Below, one piece after another: positions 48,003 to 57,700 of a stretch of 64,000 nucleotides of DNA. The translations under genes and the position numbers were made by a program. Within the stretch, counting starts at the first letter, position 1, and each line of letters starts with the position of its first letter. This DNA is from Candidatus Abyssobacteria bacterium SURF_5. GTDB lineage: Bacteria > Abyssobacteria > SURF-5. The notes under the pieces are model-generated. The model ran no database searches and had not been told where the DNA came from. It saw nothing but the letters and a program-made list of their open reading frames with translations. The stretch lies in the NCBI GenBank assembly GCA_003598085.1, contig QZKU01000042.1:28138-92137 (forward strand), given 5' to 3'.

Positions 48003-48863
48003 ATGATTGTAGATTTCCATATTCATCCGTTCTGCAAGGAGGCGACCGTTGTGCCGAGTCCGGAAGAGGCGCTGAAGCGGATGTACGGGGAGGAGGAAGA
48101 AAGATTTGGGCCGCTGATGGCGGGCTTCCGCTGGATTTTTACAGAGAAGTCGCTTGATGCCATTATCCATGAGATGGATGGAGCGGGCATTGATAAGGCC
48201 GTCATTGTTGCCGCGGATTATTCGACCGCGTATGGGACGGTGGTCGTAACGAATGAGGACGTTGAGCGGATGAGCCGGCAGCACCCGGACAGATTCGTCC
48301 CTTTTTGCAGCGTTGATCCCGGCATGGGGCGTCTCGCAGTCGACAGGCTCGAGCATGCAGTGAGGGAACAGGGAGCGCGCGGGCTGAAACTTGTGCCGCC
48401 AATGCAGGGTTTCAGGTTTGATGATCCTCGCCACGACACGCTCTGGAAAATGGCGGCCGAACTCGGGATCATTGTGTGGACCCATGCCTCCCATCAGCGG
48501 AGCACGCCGGGGACCGATGCGCGGTTGGGCCAGCCGATGCTGATCGAGGGCGTGGCGCTGAAATTCCCGAAATTGAAGATTGTGCTCGGGCACTGCGGTT
48601 TCCCCTGGGTTTGGGAATCGTGGTCGCTGGCGGCGCGCCATGAGAACGTGTACGTTGATATTTCCTCTTTCAAGGATTTGTATAGCCTGTTTCCGTGGGA
48701 CGCGTACAGCGCGAGCGGCATCGAGCACAAGCTGCTCTTTGCTACTGATAATCCGCTGAATAATTTCGGCGACTGTGTGAATGCGGTCAAAGGGCTTTCG
48801 ATCAGTGATAGTTTCAAAGAGGCGATTTTTGGAGGGAACGCGCAAAAGCTGCTCGGGCTGTAG
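48003..48863 (+). CDS. Amidohydrolase-2-family TIM-barrel metal hydrolase
   Basis: 286 aa. MIVDFHIHPF ... HASH ... LGHCGFPW ... ATDNP pattern. Confidence 0.85.
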   Translation: MIVDFHIHPFCKEATVVPSPEEALKRMYGEEEERFGPLMAGFRWIFTEKSLDAIIHEMDGAGIDKAVIVAADYSTAYGTVVVTNEDVERMSRQHPDRFVPFCSVDPGMGRLAVDRLEHAVREQGARGLKLVPPMQGFRFDDPRHDTLWKMAAELGIIVWTHASHQRSTPGTDARLGQPMLIEGVALKFPKLKIVLGHCGFPWVWESWSLAARHENVYVDISSFKDLYSLFPWDAYSASGIEHKLLFATDNPLNNFGDCVNAVKGLSISDSFKEAIFGGNAQKLLGL

Positions 48864-48911
48864 CGGGCTTTGTTGCGGATTGTCTTTTTTGTGTTTTGAG
48901 GAGGGATTCAT

Positions 48912-49634
48912 ATGATTCGCAGCCTCGCAGTTGTTTTCGTGGTGGTCTTGTTCATGCCGGCGATTGCTGTTGCCGATGAGGCCAAAAAGGCTCGCAGTGA
49001 ATTGGAGCAAATGAATGTTGCGTGTTCGGAAGAGGAGTTGGTGAACCGCGTAAAGCAAGGGGATCAGCCAATAGTCACGTTGCTGCTCGATGCGGGCATC
49101 AGCCCTGATACACGGGAGGCGGGGGGACAACCGGCTCTAGTGATCGCCGTACAGAAAGGTCATCTTGATGTGGTGAAGCTTCTGCTGAACAGAGGCTGCA
49201 ATGCTAATGAAAGAAAAGGCGATACATGGTGTCCATTGACGTGGGCTGCAAGCGAGGGCCATACGGAGATAGCGAAGGCGCTTATCGAGCATGGCGCGGA
49301 TGTGAATATGCAGGACAAAAACGGCGCGACGGCCTTGATGCACGCGGCCTCGTGGGGCCGGGCGGAGATCGTCGACGCCTTGCTCGAAGGCGGCGCCGAC
49401 GTGAACGCACAGGATAAGGAAGGCTGGACTGCGCTGATGTTTGCCGCGTTCAGGCGATATCCGGAAACGGTTTCCATGCTGCTCGAGCGAGGAGCCGATC
49501 CAACTCTGAAAAATAAAGACGGCGAGACGGCGCTTAACGCTGCGGCCTCTGGCGGAAACACTGAGATACTGCAGATGCTCCGGGAGTGGAAGAACACGGA
49601 CGAACGCGGACGAACACGGACTGACACGGACTGA
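48912..49634 (+). CDS. Secreted ankyrin-repeat protein
   Basis: Signal peptide MIRSLAVVFVVVLFMPAIAVA. About five ANK repeats (G.TALM.AA..G..EIV..LLE.GADVNA). The last ~12 codons and the stop codon (49632-49634) lie inside repeat locus 3. Confidence 0.85.
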   Translation: MIRSLAVVFVVVLFMPAIAVADEAKKARSELEQMNVACSEEELVNRVKQGDQPIVTLLLDAGISPDTREAGGQPALVIAVQKGHLDVVKLLLNRGCNANERKGDTWCPLTWAASEGHTEIAKALIEHGADVNMQDKNGATALMHAASWGRAEIVDALLEGGADVNAQDKEGWTALMFAAFRRYPETVSMLLERGADPTLKNKDGETALNAAASGGNTEILQMLREWKNTDERGRTRTDTD

Positions 49635-49706
49635 CACGGACTGAAGGGACGGGCACGGGCAGAGCGGCACACGGACTAACATGGACGAACACGGACCGGC
49701 ACGGAT
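49593..49706 (+). repeat. CACGGAC-family short tandem repeat array, locus 3
   Basis: Units of about 10 nt (GAACACGGAC / TGACACGGAC) with 6 exact CACGGAC cores plus variants. The array overlaps the 3' end of the ankyrin gene. Confidence 0.9.
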
Positions 49707-49786
49707 ATGTTTGATAGGGGTGGTCACTAGGTGAACGAGCGTGGGCGGGCGGGCCGGTGACTGCAGCAAGATGCCGTCAGGCCCGG

Positions 49787-49814
49787 TTGCGGCGGGAGCC
49801 GCAAATTTCCTTTT
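49787..49814 (+). terminator. Probable intrinsic terminator downstream of the ankyrin gene and repeat locus 3
   Basis: 7-bp stem TTGCGGC / GCCGCAA with a GGGA loop, followed by ATTTCCTTTT. Confidence 0.5.
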
Positions 49815-49840
49815 AGAGTGAAAGGAAGGTATATTCAGCG

Positions 49841-50614
49841 ATGTCTCGAGAAGAATGCAAGAGGCTTGATCAAGCCGATGTGTTGAGAATTCTATTTCAT
49901 CCGCGGCGCGACAATACGCCGGATGACGAGCAAACGGTTCGGTTTTCCGTTGCTGATGATATTGAGATAGGCGGGCGGTTTCATCCCGCGGACAAAGATG
50001 CGCCGGTAATCCTGCTGTTTCACGGCAACGGAGAGATTGCATCCGATTACGACATGATTGCGCCGTTCTATCTGGAGAACGGGATTTCGCTGCTGGTGGT
50101 GGATTATCGCGGCTACGGCAAGAGCGGCGGAAGGCCAACAGTCTCGACGCTGCTGGATGACGCGCTCGCCGTGTATCGGCAGACGGGGAAGGGGCTGGCG
50201 GATCACGGTTATCAATATTCGCGGCTGTTCGTTATGGGGCGCTCGTTGGGCAGTGCGGCGGCGCTCGAGATTGCCGCAGAAGCTGGCAAGAGCATAAGCG
50301 GCCTGATTATCGAGAGCGGTTTTTCAAACCCGCTTGCCCTGATAAACCGTCTTGGCGGGCCATCGCTTAAGGAACTGGAAGAGACGTGCGGATTTGACAA
50401 TCTGAAGAAAATCGAGCGAGTAGAGGCGCCCACTCTCATTATTCACGGCGAGGAGGATTTCATTATTCCCCTCGAGGAAGGCGAGGCGCTTTTCAAAGGG
50501 TGCAAAGCGAAGAGGAAGGAATTCCTCTCGGTTCCCGGTGCGGGTCATAACGATCTGATTGTGCGAGGGCTGCGCCAGTATTTCAAAGCGATACGGAAGC
50601 TGGTGTCTGGGTGA
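49841..50614 (+). CDS. Alpha/beta hydrolase
   Basis: 257 aa. HGNGE oxyanion region, nucleophile elbow GRSLGS, and a C-terminal GAGHND. Confidence 0.85.
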   Translation: MSREECKRLDQADVLRILFHPRRDNTPDDEQTVRFSVADDIEIGGRFHPADKDAPVILLFHGNGEIASDYDMIAPFYLENGISLLVVDYRGYGKSGGRPTVSTLLDDALAVYRQTGKGLADHGYQYSRLFVMGRSLGSAAALEIAAEAGKSISGLIIESGFSNPLALINRLGGPSLKELEETCGFDNLKKIERVEAPTLIIHGEEDFIIPLEEGEALFKGCKAKRKEFLSVPGAGHNDLIVRGLRQYFKAIRKLVSG

Positions 50615-50619
50615 TCGCC

Positions 50620-51660
50620 TCAATCCTGGCGCTGCGGGAAATGGATTTCATTTGGCTGCGGCGGCGGAGGATTCTTTGCGGCCCAATCGCCTAATTCATG
50701 CCGAATATGGCGGAGGAAATCCCGCCACGTTTCCTTGTCTTTCAGAAAATCGCCGAGCCGGACGCGGCCGCGGTTCTCTCCGAATTGTTCGTACCATTTC
50801 AGGGCGGCGCCGATCAGAGGGGCGACGCGTTCATCCGGCAGAAACCGTGCGATAATCTGGCCGTTGACCGGGTGTCGCCCGTGTTTGCCGCCGCAGCGAA
50901 CGATCCAGCCGACTCGTTTGGCATGCCATGCGTCGAACGGGCATGTGCGGATGCAATCACCGCAGTAGAGGCATCCTTCGGGTATGTAGCGGGGATGGCC
51001 GGATTGTTCATCGCACACGAGGGCTTGTTCGCGACATGCCTCAATGCAGACACCGCACGCCTGGCAGGCGCTCTCTTCCCACCTCGGCTCGACGGCTCCC
51101 TGGAAGCCGAGTTCCATCTCATTCGTGCGCGCGCAGTCGATCGGACAGCCGGAGAAGGATATCTTGAATTTGTGGGCGAGGCTTCCTTTACCGAAGAAGC
51201 GATCGGAAATCTCACGGGCCATCGCCTGGGTATCGGTGAGTCCATTCGGATTGTATTCACAGCCGGAGCAGGCGGTCGGCACGCGCACGCGCGCGCCGCA
51301 TGAAGCGATGTGCTGGCCGGCCTTCGCCAGCTCATCGCGCACGTTGCCGAGATCGCGGTAGTTGACGTAGGGGATTTCGAGTGATTGCCGGAATGAGAGG
51401 TGCACGTAGTCGCCGCCGTAGCGGCGGGCCACCTCGAACGCTTTTTCCAATCGGTCAAGCGGTACTCGTCCGCCCGGGCACTGCAGGCGTACGGTGAACA
51501 GGTCTTTCTGGCGCTGCTTGATGATTCCGCCGCTCTTGAGCGTATTGAAATCCAGACTGCCTTTCTTGCCTTCGACCTCGATTTCGACCGGCACGCGCGC
51601 GGTTTGATCTTCGATGTGTTTGTCTGTACTCATCTTGTTTCCTTTTTCAAAATAAGACAT
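50620..51660 (-). CDS. Small nitrite/sulfite-reductase-family (siroheme / [4Fe-4S]) protein with an inserted ferredoxin domain
   Basis: NIR_SIR-like regions (GIIKQRQ...FTVRL, CSGC...SGCPIDCARTNE). 2x[4Fe-4S]-type insert CQACGVCIEAC ... CLYCGDCIRTCP. ATG 51660 is preceded by GAGGAA. The track start 51672 is a TTG codon. Confidence 0.75.
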   Translation of the reverse strand: MSYFEKGNKMSTDKHIEDQTARVPVEIEVEGKKGSLDFNTLKSGGIIKQRQKDLFTVRLQCPGGRVPLDRLEKAFEVARRYGGDYVHLSFRQSLEIPYVNYRDLGNVRDELAKAGQHIASCGARVRVPTACSGCEYNPNGLTDTQAMAREISDRFFGKGSLAHKFKISFSGCPIDCARTNEMELGFQGAVEPRWEESACQACGVCIEACREQALVCDEQSGHPRYIPEGCLYCGDCIRTCPFDAWHAKRVGWIVRCGGKHGRHPVNGQIIARFLPDERVAPLIGAALKWYEQFGENRGRVRLGDFLKDKETWRDFLRHIRHELGDWAAKNPPPPQPNEIHFPQRQD

Positions 51661-51712
51661 GAAGTTCCTCAATTGCTTGGTTAGCTTTGATAAACATTTT
51701 GCATAAAGGGCA

Positions 51713-51849
51713 AAATATGGGGACAGAGACTATATTTTTATTCTTTATATACTTCTATTCTTAACGATAAAAATATGGTCTCTGTCCCCATATTTCTAGC
51801 GTTTATATATTTGTGTGCGTATTGATAAAAACATGGTCTCTGTTTCCAT
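51713..51849 (-). promoter_or_regulatory. AT-rich intergenic region with three copies of a ~18-26-nt motif (inverted and direct repeats)
   Basis: A perfect 18-bp inverted repeat AAATATGGGGACAGAGAC (51713-51730) / GTCTCTGTCCCCATATTT (51778-51795). A 26-nt direct repeat GATAAAAAYATGGTCTCTGTYYCCAT occurs at 51766-51791 and 51824-51849 (23 of 26 identical). The region lies between the tusA-like stop and the reductase start. Confidence 0.45.
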
Positions 51850-52079
51850 CATTCCTGTTTCCGGACGGTGACGCGGAAATGGGTCTGTTCGCGGACGACG
51901 CGCTCGATCCGGTGGCCCTCCTCTTTCAGGCTGCGGGGAACGTCGCGCATAGAGGTTCCGGGGTTGACAAGGAGTTCAATCAACTGTCCGGCCTCGAGTT
52001 CCTCGATTGCCAGTTTGGCCTTGATGAAGGTCATCGGGCATTGCGTATCTGTCAGGTCCAAGATCGACATTTTGCTCAT
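51849..52079 (-). CDS. TusA/SirA-family sulfurtransferase-like protein
   Basis: 76 aa. LDLTDTQCPMTFIKAKLAIEEL carries the conserved CP(x)P-type Cys motif. Confidence 0.85.
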   Translation of the reverse strand: MSKMSILDLTDTQCPMTFIKAKLAIEELEAGQLIELLVNPGTSMRDVPRSLKEEGHRIERVVREQTHFRVTVRKQE

Positions 52080-52095
52080 TTGATGCAGTTACACC

Positions 52096-52713
52096 TCAGT
52101 ACACGCGGTCCTTCTCGCAGCGGAATTCGATAAAGGCGAAGAGTTTATGGGCGAGTTGCGCAGCCTCGCGGTAATAGGGATGCGTCGCGGCCCGAGCGAT
52201 ATCGGTGAGGAAATTCGGCAGCCAGCCGAGCAGGTGATCCTGGAGGAAGGCGTCTTCCGCGTCCCGGCAAACCTCGATGGCTTCGTCGTCTTGGTGGAGG
52301 AACGCAAATGCCTGCTTTAACTTGAGATATCCCATGAAAGCGAGTTCGACAGCCACGTGATCGGGCGCCTCCGGCAGTTCCTTCGAGTAATTGAAACCGA
52401 AGGCTTTGTAGAAAGCGGCGACATCGGCGAGAATGATACCCTTGTCGGCCACACCGGTTTCGCCGTTGATGCGGCACTGTGATTCATATGGAGAAACACA
52501 GCCGCCGCTGCCGATGAGGTGATGATACGCGGATTGGAGGGAAGGATCGGACGTATACGCGACGACCTCCGCGGCCTCGACGCGCAGCTGAGGCGGCAGT
52601 TCCGGAACGAGAGAAGCCGCCGCAAGCATTGTCTCTTTTGTGGGCCAGCGAAACAAGTGCGAGCAGAAATTCCACGAGGTTCCATCGCGAAGCAGTCTTG
52701 CCATCATTTTCAT
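52096..52713 (-). CDS. TorD/NarJ/DmsD-family molybdoenzyme maturation chaperone
   Basis: ILADVAAFYKAFGF...PDHVAVELAFMGYL is the typical signature. ATG 52713 overlaps the gamma-subunit stop (ATGA). The track start 52848 is an upstream extension. Confidence 0.8.
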   Translation of the reverse strand: MKMMARLLRDGTSWNFCSHLFRWPTKETMLAAASLVPELPPQLRVEAAEVVAYTSDPSLQSAYHHLIGSGGCVSPYESQCRINGETGVADKGIILADVAAFYKAFGFNYSKELPEAPDHVAVELAFMGYLKLKQAFAFLHQDDEAIEVCRDAEDAFLQDHLLGWLPNFLTDIARAATHPYYREAAQLAHKLFAFIEFRCEKDRVY

Positions 52714-53594
52714 GCGCCTACCCCCAATCTCAGCGGCACCCATGCGCTGCGCATCTTGCGAGAGCCTGCATGTCCCTGACTTCCGTCCCATACAGCGAAG
52801 GCGATGAAGGCCTTGTCCCCCTTTTTGAATCCTCCCTGGCCGCTCCATTCAGGGACGGCGAGCGGACGAGAGAGAACGACATGCCATCGCCCCTTCTCCC
52901 ACAGGCCTGCTCCTTGCGAGGCTTGAGCCGGCAGATAGGCGAGAGTCCCAAAGCTTTCGGCGGTCAAGTCGTCGACGCTCGACGTGCGTTTCCCGGCGAG
53001 CGGATTTTGAGCGGCAAGCCCGGCAGTGAACAGTCTGTTCAATTCCTCTTTCTGCTCATCGGGCGCTGCATCGGAAGGATAATGGTCCACCGTCGCATTC
53101 GGGAAAATCGATTTCAGGCTCCATTCTCCGTCTTGCAGCGCCCGCTGATAGGACGCCTTCCATAGGTGGATATGGACAGGCCTGCCCATTGCGCCCATTG
53201 TCGAGTCCGGCGCTTCCGCCCCCGCCGCGACGGGTAGTTGGACGGCGACCGCATCGGAGAATCTTTGGGCTTCATCAACTTCGTCATTGGTTGCATCTTC
53301 CCAATCGATTCGGAACGCCACTTGGTCGTTATTACACAGAGCTTTAACCGAGATGCGGGGAAGGCCATTCATGAGTTTCGGTTCCGTCAGGTCCTGCGGC
53401 AGCAAATCGACGATTGCCTCTGGCGCCTGTTGCCACAGCGGGCTGTTGGGAGAGAGGTCCTGCAACTGCCCGTCTACGAAGAAGGCATTAACCCCCGCGA
53501 CCGGCGGCTGTTTTCCTTTTGCGCCTTGCGGGCACCCGAAAAAAGAAAGAGGCACGAAGAACAAGAGCAGGGCGATGATCAGCTTTTGATTCAT
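52710..53594 (-). CDS. Type II DMSO-reductase-family gamma subunit (EbdC/SerC/NxrC-like haem b domain), exported
   Basis: 294 aa with a signal peptide ending in the lipobox-like SFFGC. ISVKALCNNDQVAFRIDWEDAT...DAVAVQLP is an EB_dh-type pattern. Confidence 0.75.
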   Translation of the reverse strand: MNQKLIIALLLFFVPLSFFGCPQGAKGKQPPVAGVNAFFVDGQLQDLSPNSPLWQQAPEAIVDLLPQDLTEPKLMNGLPRISVKALCNNDQVAFRIDWEDATNDEVDEAQRFSDAVAVQLPVAAGAEAPDSTMGAMGRPVHIHLWKASYQRALQDGEWSLKSIFPNATVDHYPSDAAPDEQKEELNRLFTAGLAAQNPLAGKRTSSVDDLTAESFGTLAYLPAQASQGAGLWEKGRWHVVLSRPLAVPEWSGQGGFKKGDKAFIAFAVWDGSQGHAGSRKMRSAWVPLRLGVGA

Positions 53595-53627
53595 TTATAT
53601 ATTCCTCCAGTGTCTTCGCGAAGATAC

Positions 53628-54761
53628 TCAAGTGACGTTCATTCGAGGAACGCCGCGCTGCGTATCGAAAGCCGGGCGCACCGCGACCGGCTCGCGAACG
53701 GGGACAGCGACCAAAGTATCTCCATTATCGTTCAGCGCGCTTACGATATTGCCCTTTGTTTTAAAGGCCGCGACGGTTTTCGGCGTACACCCGAACAGAT
53801 TGATGAGCGCCGCCAGTTTCGGTTCGTTCTTATGGGCATTGCGATAGGTTTGAACCGCCTGCTCCGAGAGCGGCCCGAACAATTGGTTCAGGAACGGGTT
53901 CGGCACGTGGATCGGGGGAATGTAATAGACATTCGGCTCGAGCCCCAGTTGCGGGAACAAGGGGAGCGCCACTTTTTTCACATGAACCAGATAGTCGATC
54001 GGGTTATTCTCATTCGCCTTTTCGGGCACGGAAATCCATCCCCGCAGCCTGATCTTTCCGATGCATTGAGTGAAGCACCTTGGCTGTTCGTCCTGTTCGC
54101 CGAGCGGGAAACAAGCGATACATTTTTCAGAAACGCCGGTGCGCGAGTTAAAGAAAGTCTTCTTATAAGGGCATGCGCGCACGCATTCGCGGTAACCGCG
54201 ACAGCGTTTCTGGTCGATCAGGACGATCCCATCCTCGGGTCTCTTGTAGATGGAGCCGCGCGGGCAGGCCGCCAAACAAGCCGGATACGTGCAGTGGTTG
54301 CAGATGCGCGGGAGATAAAACATCCAGACGGGATGCGGCATTTCGACGGACATCCCGCCGTCGACCGTTCCGAAAATCTCATCCTCGCCGATATTCGGAT
54401 AGGAGTAATCGCCGCTTTCCGGCCGGTAGCCGAGGAGGCGCTCGCCTGCGGGGGCGGCCTCAAAGACGGTGCGACCCTCATAGCGTTCGCCGACCCATTC
54501 CTGCGGGCCGAGCATCTCGAGGATTTTCGAGTCGTACGCCAGCGGATACGAGCCGTAGGGCTTGCTTTCGACGTTGTTCCAGAGCATATACTCCTGCCCG
54601 CGGCCGGAGGTCCACGTGGTTTTGCAGGCGAGCGTGCATGTCTGGCAGGCGATGCACTTGTTCAGATCGAAAACGGCGGCGAATTGTTTAGCGGGCCTGG
54701 TCTCGCCATACCAGTAGCTCATGATTCGTCCGATTTGCCAGTTGAATACGCGTGCCATCAT
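53628..54761 (-). CDS. Type II DMSO-reductase-family beta subunit (NarH/NxrB-like, four Fe-S clusters)
   Basis: 377 aa. [17 protein letters not shown]...[28 protein letters not shown] and [13 protein letters not shown]. Its start overlaps the alpha stop. Confidence 0.9.
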   Translation of the reverse strand: MMARVFNWQIGRIMSYWYGETRPAKQFAAVFDLNKCIACQTCTLACKTTWTSGRGQEYMLWNNVESKPYGSYPLAYDSKILEMLGPQEWVGERYEGRTVFEAAPAGERLLGYRPESGDYSYPNIGEDEIFGTVDGGMSVEMPHPVWMFYLPRICNHCTYPACLAACPRGSIYKRPEDGIVLIDQKRCRGYRECVRACPYKKTFFNSRTGVSEKCIACFPLGEQDEQPRCFTQCIGKIRLRGWISVPEKANENNPIDYLVHVKKVALPLFPQLGLEPNVYYIPPIHVPNPFLNQLFGPLSEQAVQTYRNAHKNEPKLAALINLFGCTPKTVAAFKTKGNIVSALNDNGDTLVAVPVREPVAVRPAFDTQRGVPRMNVT

Positions 54762-57700
54762 TGACTCCTTTTCACGATATACGCGCCGGAGAGGTATCTT
54801 TTGAAGGATTCGCTTTCATACGTCGGCCGGATGCCGAGGGCCGCGGGCTGCCACAAAGCGGAGCCGTTGATGCCGCCGGGTTCGGCCTTCTCGATTTTCA
54901 CAAACGATTCGCGCGGGGCGCCCGTGGGGCAATGGACATCGGGCAAGAAACCCTTTCCGATGTTTTGGCCGGCGACGTCCTTCCGCACGAGCGAGTCGGT
55001 CATGTGCGTCGGCTTGAGCCAACCGCGCGTGGCGCTTTGGTGGCTGCCGGTGCGGAACATTGCCTGATAGTTTGTTTCGGGATTCTTCGCCAATCCGTCC
55101 TCGCGTGTCTCCTGTCCCTTGACGGAGCCGGGCGTCGCGGCATACATGTTGAACCACATCCGCGTAACGCCGAGCGGAGTGCCGGGATAATAGCGCGCGC
55201 GGCAGAGCAGGCGCGACACTTTGTAATCGGGGTCATCCGGTTTCCATCCGCGATAGGGGCGGTCGGCCGGATCGGCATCGATCCAGACGTAATCGCCGTC
55301 CTCGATTCCAAGTTTTCGGGCGTCCTGCGGGTTGATATCGACGTAGCCTTCGGAGACGAACGGCATTCGTTTGTCGCGGCGATAGATGTCGCCGAAGGGT
55401 CCGAACAGAATGGCGACCATATCGGTATCGATGGGCGTGGTGTGAGCGCCGTGGCGGTACTTGGGCGTATGAAAAATGAAGCGGTAGCCCTGGCTCATGA
55501 GCGGATGCTGAGTTTGTGACAGTTCGCTCCAGGGTTTGACGACGTTGCGCACCTGGCGGACTTCTCCGGATTGATCGCCCGGATCGAGGCCGTAGTCTTG
55601 CGGCGTGAGCGGCCGGATAAGCGGATGAGCTGCGGCCAGAATCGCATTCGGCTCATAAAAGGTGGAATCTATGGGCTCGCGATGCACCGGCAGGTTTTCA
55701 CCGTGCTCGATGAACTCGGGTTCGTCTCGATAAAATTCAAGCCTTCCCGTTTTCGTGTACCATGGCACGCTCTCCTCGGTCTGCTCGAAGCCGACGCATT
55801 TCGGCATTGTGCGCGACATCATGAGCGCAGGCACCCCTTTTTTCGCTTTTTCATGCAAATCGGCAAAAGAGTAGCCGGCGGTATTGCTGCTGTGGTCGAG
55901 GATGCGCTGGAGATAGACTCCGCTTTTCTGTTCGTCCGCGAATTTCCAATACAGCGAGAAGCGCGGGTCATCGATCAGCTCGCCGATCCGTTTACCGACC
56001 ATTGCGATGATCTCGATGTCGCCGCGACTGTCATGAATGCGGGCTATCGGCGTCTCGGGGTAAAGGGTAAGGAATGGGTTGGTGACGGACGCGCACATAT
56101 CGGGGTTTTTCGTTTCGGCCCACGAGTCGGCGGCGAAAACGATATCGGCATGTTCGCAGGAGGTGGACCACCACCACTCGTTCACGGCTATCATTTCGAA
56201 TTTCGGCAGCACGTTATGCACGACATTGTAGTGCCATTTCACATTTCCGAGGATCGAGTTGGCGTTTGCGAACCACAGCGTTTTGGTGGGCGCGGGCATG
56301 TGCGTTTTGCCGGTGAACAGTTTGCCGCCGACCTTCAGCGGATGGTCCTCGTGGTTGTAATAATGAGCCGATTCCGCCCGCCAATACACCTTTGGTCTGG
56401 CCGGCTTTGCGGGATCGAGTTCGATATCGAACGGGTTTTCATTGACGTACTGCGCGAGTCCATTGAACAGAGCGACCCGGTAATTGCCGGCATATGATCC
56501 CACGTTGCCGGCGATGCGGCCGACGTTGCCGGTCAAAGCGGCCAGCAAGAAGACGGCGCGATCCTTGAGGTCGTTGTTGAAGAACTGGTTGGGTCCCATT
56601 CCGATCGCCATAAGGGTCTTGCCGGGATGGGCCGCTATCTCACGTGCGAGCGAGACGATCGCATCTTTCGGCGCCCAGGTAATCTGCTCACCGTTTTCGG
56701 GCGAATAGTTATCGGCGAGGTAGTTTTTGATTACGGTGAAGATGGTGGCCGCTCGCACTGTCTCGTCGTTCGTCAGGGTTACCTCGAATTCCCCTTCGAG
56801 GGCGGGAGAAAGTCCTGAGTCATCGAAATGATTGCCGACCTGATCGCGGGTGATGGCGGCGGGCGCTTTTTTCTTAGTGTCCCAGACGACGAAATCGCCC
56901 CACTCGTCGCGCATCTCGGCCGGAATAAGCTGCTCCACCTGCTTATGGGGAGGGATTTTCTTGTCATCTGGTCGGACGACACGCGCCATGTTCTTGAGAT
57001 CGGCGTTCTGATAATCTTTGAAGATGTCGGAGGCATGCAGGAGCTTCATGTTGTCGTAGCGAACGAGCAGAGGCAGGTCGGTGAACCGTTTGACGTACTT
57101 TTCATCGAACAGCTTTTCCTGGACGATAACATTGGATAAGGCGAGCGCGAGAGCGGGCGTTGTTCCCGGGCGAACCATGATTCCGACGTCGGCCTTGTTC
57201 ACGGTTGCGCTATATTCGCAGGCGATGACGACGACGCGCGTGCCTTTCACGCGCGCCTCGGTGAGCCAGTGGGCGTCGGGCATTTTGGTGGTAATCCAAT
57301 TCATCCCCCACACGATTACGAGGTCCGCCTGTTCGGTTGAGTCCAGATCGAACTCGACGGTCTGCTGTCCGGTGACCATTGGATGTCCGGGCGGGAGATC
57401 GGTATGCCAGGAGTAGTTGTCCCATCCCCGCCCGCCGAGCGCATCGTCTTCCGAGACGCCGCGGATATGGCGATCGAGCAGCGCGAGCGAGTTTGCGAAG
57501 CGGTACATGCCAAACACGCGCGTCATGCCAAGGAGCGGCATCCCGCCACGGAACTTGAGGCATTGCGTGCCGGCGCCCCGCGTGACCTCGATCATCTCCT
57601 CGTCATATCCCTGTGCGCGCAGGCGCTTGGCGCCAGCTTCGCCGGAATAGGTCTGTGCGACATTGATCAACGTTCTTGCGGCCAGATCGGCCGCTTTCTC

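Noticed and set aside
47895-49130. 411-aa minus-strand ORF
   Set aside because: It is entirely antisense to the well-supported amidohydrolase and ankyrin genes. The translation is Arg/His/Pro/Gln-rich and low-complexity, with no motifs. This is a typical shadow ORF in GC-rich DNA.
49137-50138. 333-aa minus-strand ORF
   Set aside because: It is antisense to the ankyrin gene, repeat locus 3 and the alpha/beta hydrolase. Part of it is repeat-encoded (VRVSPCSS-type) low-complexity sequence.
53238-54764. 508-aa plus-strand ORF
   Set aside because: It is antisense to the Fe-S beta and haem-b gamma subunit genes, which have unmistakable motifs. It has no motifs of its own.
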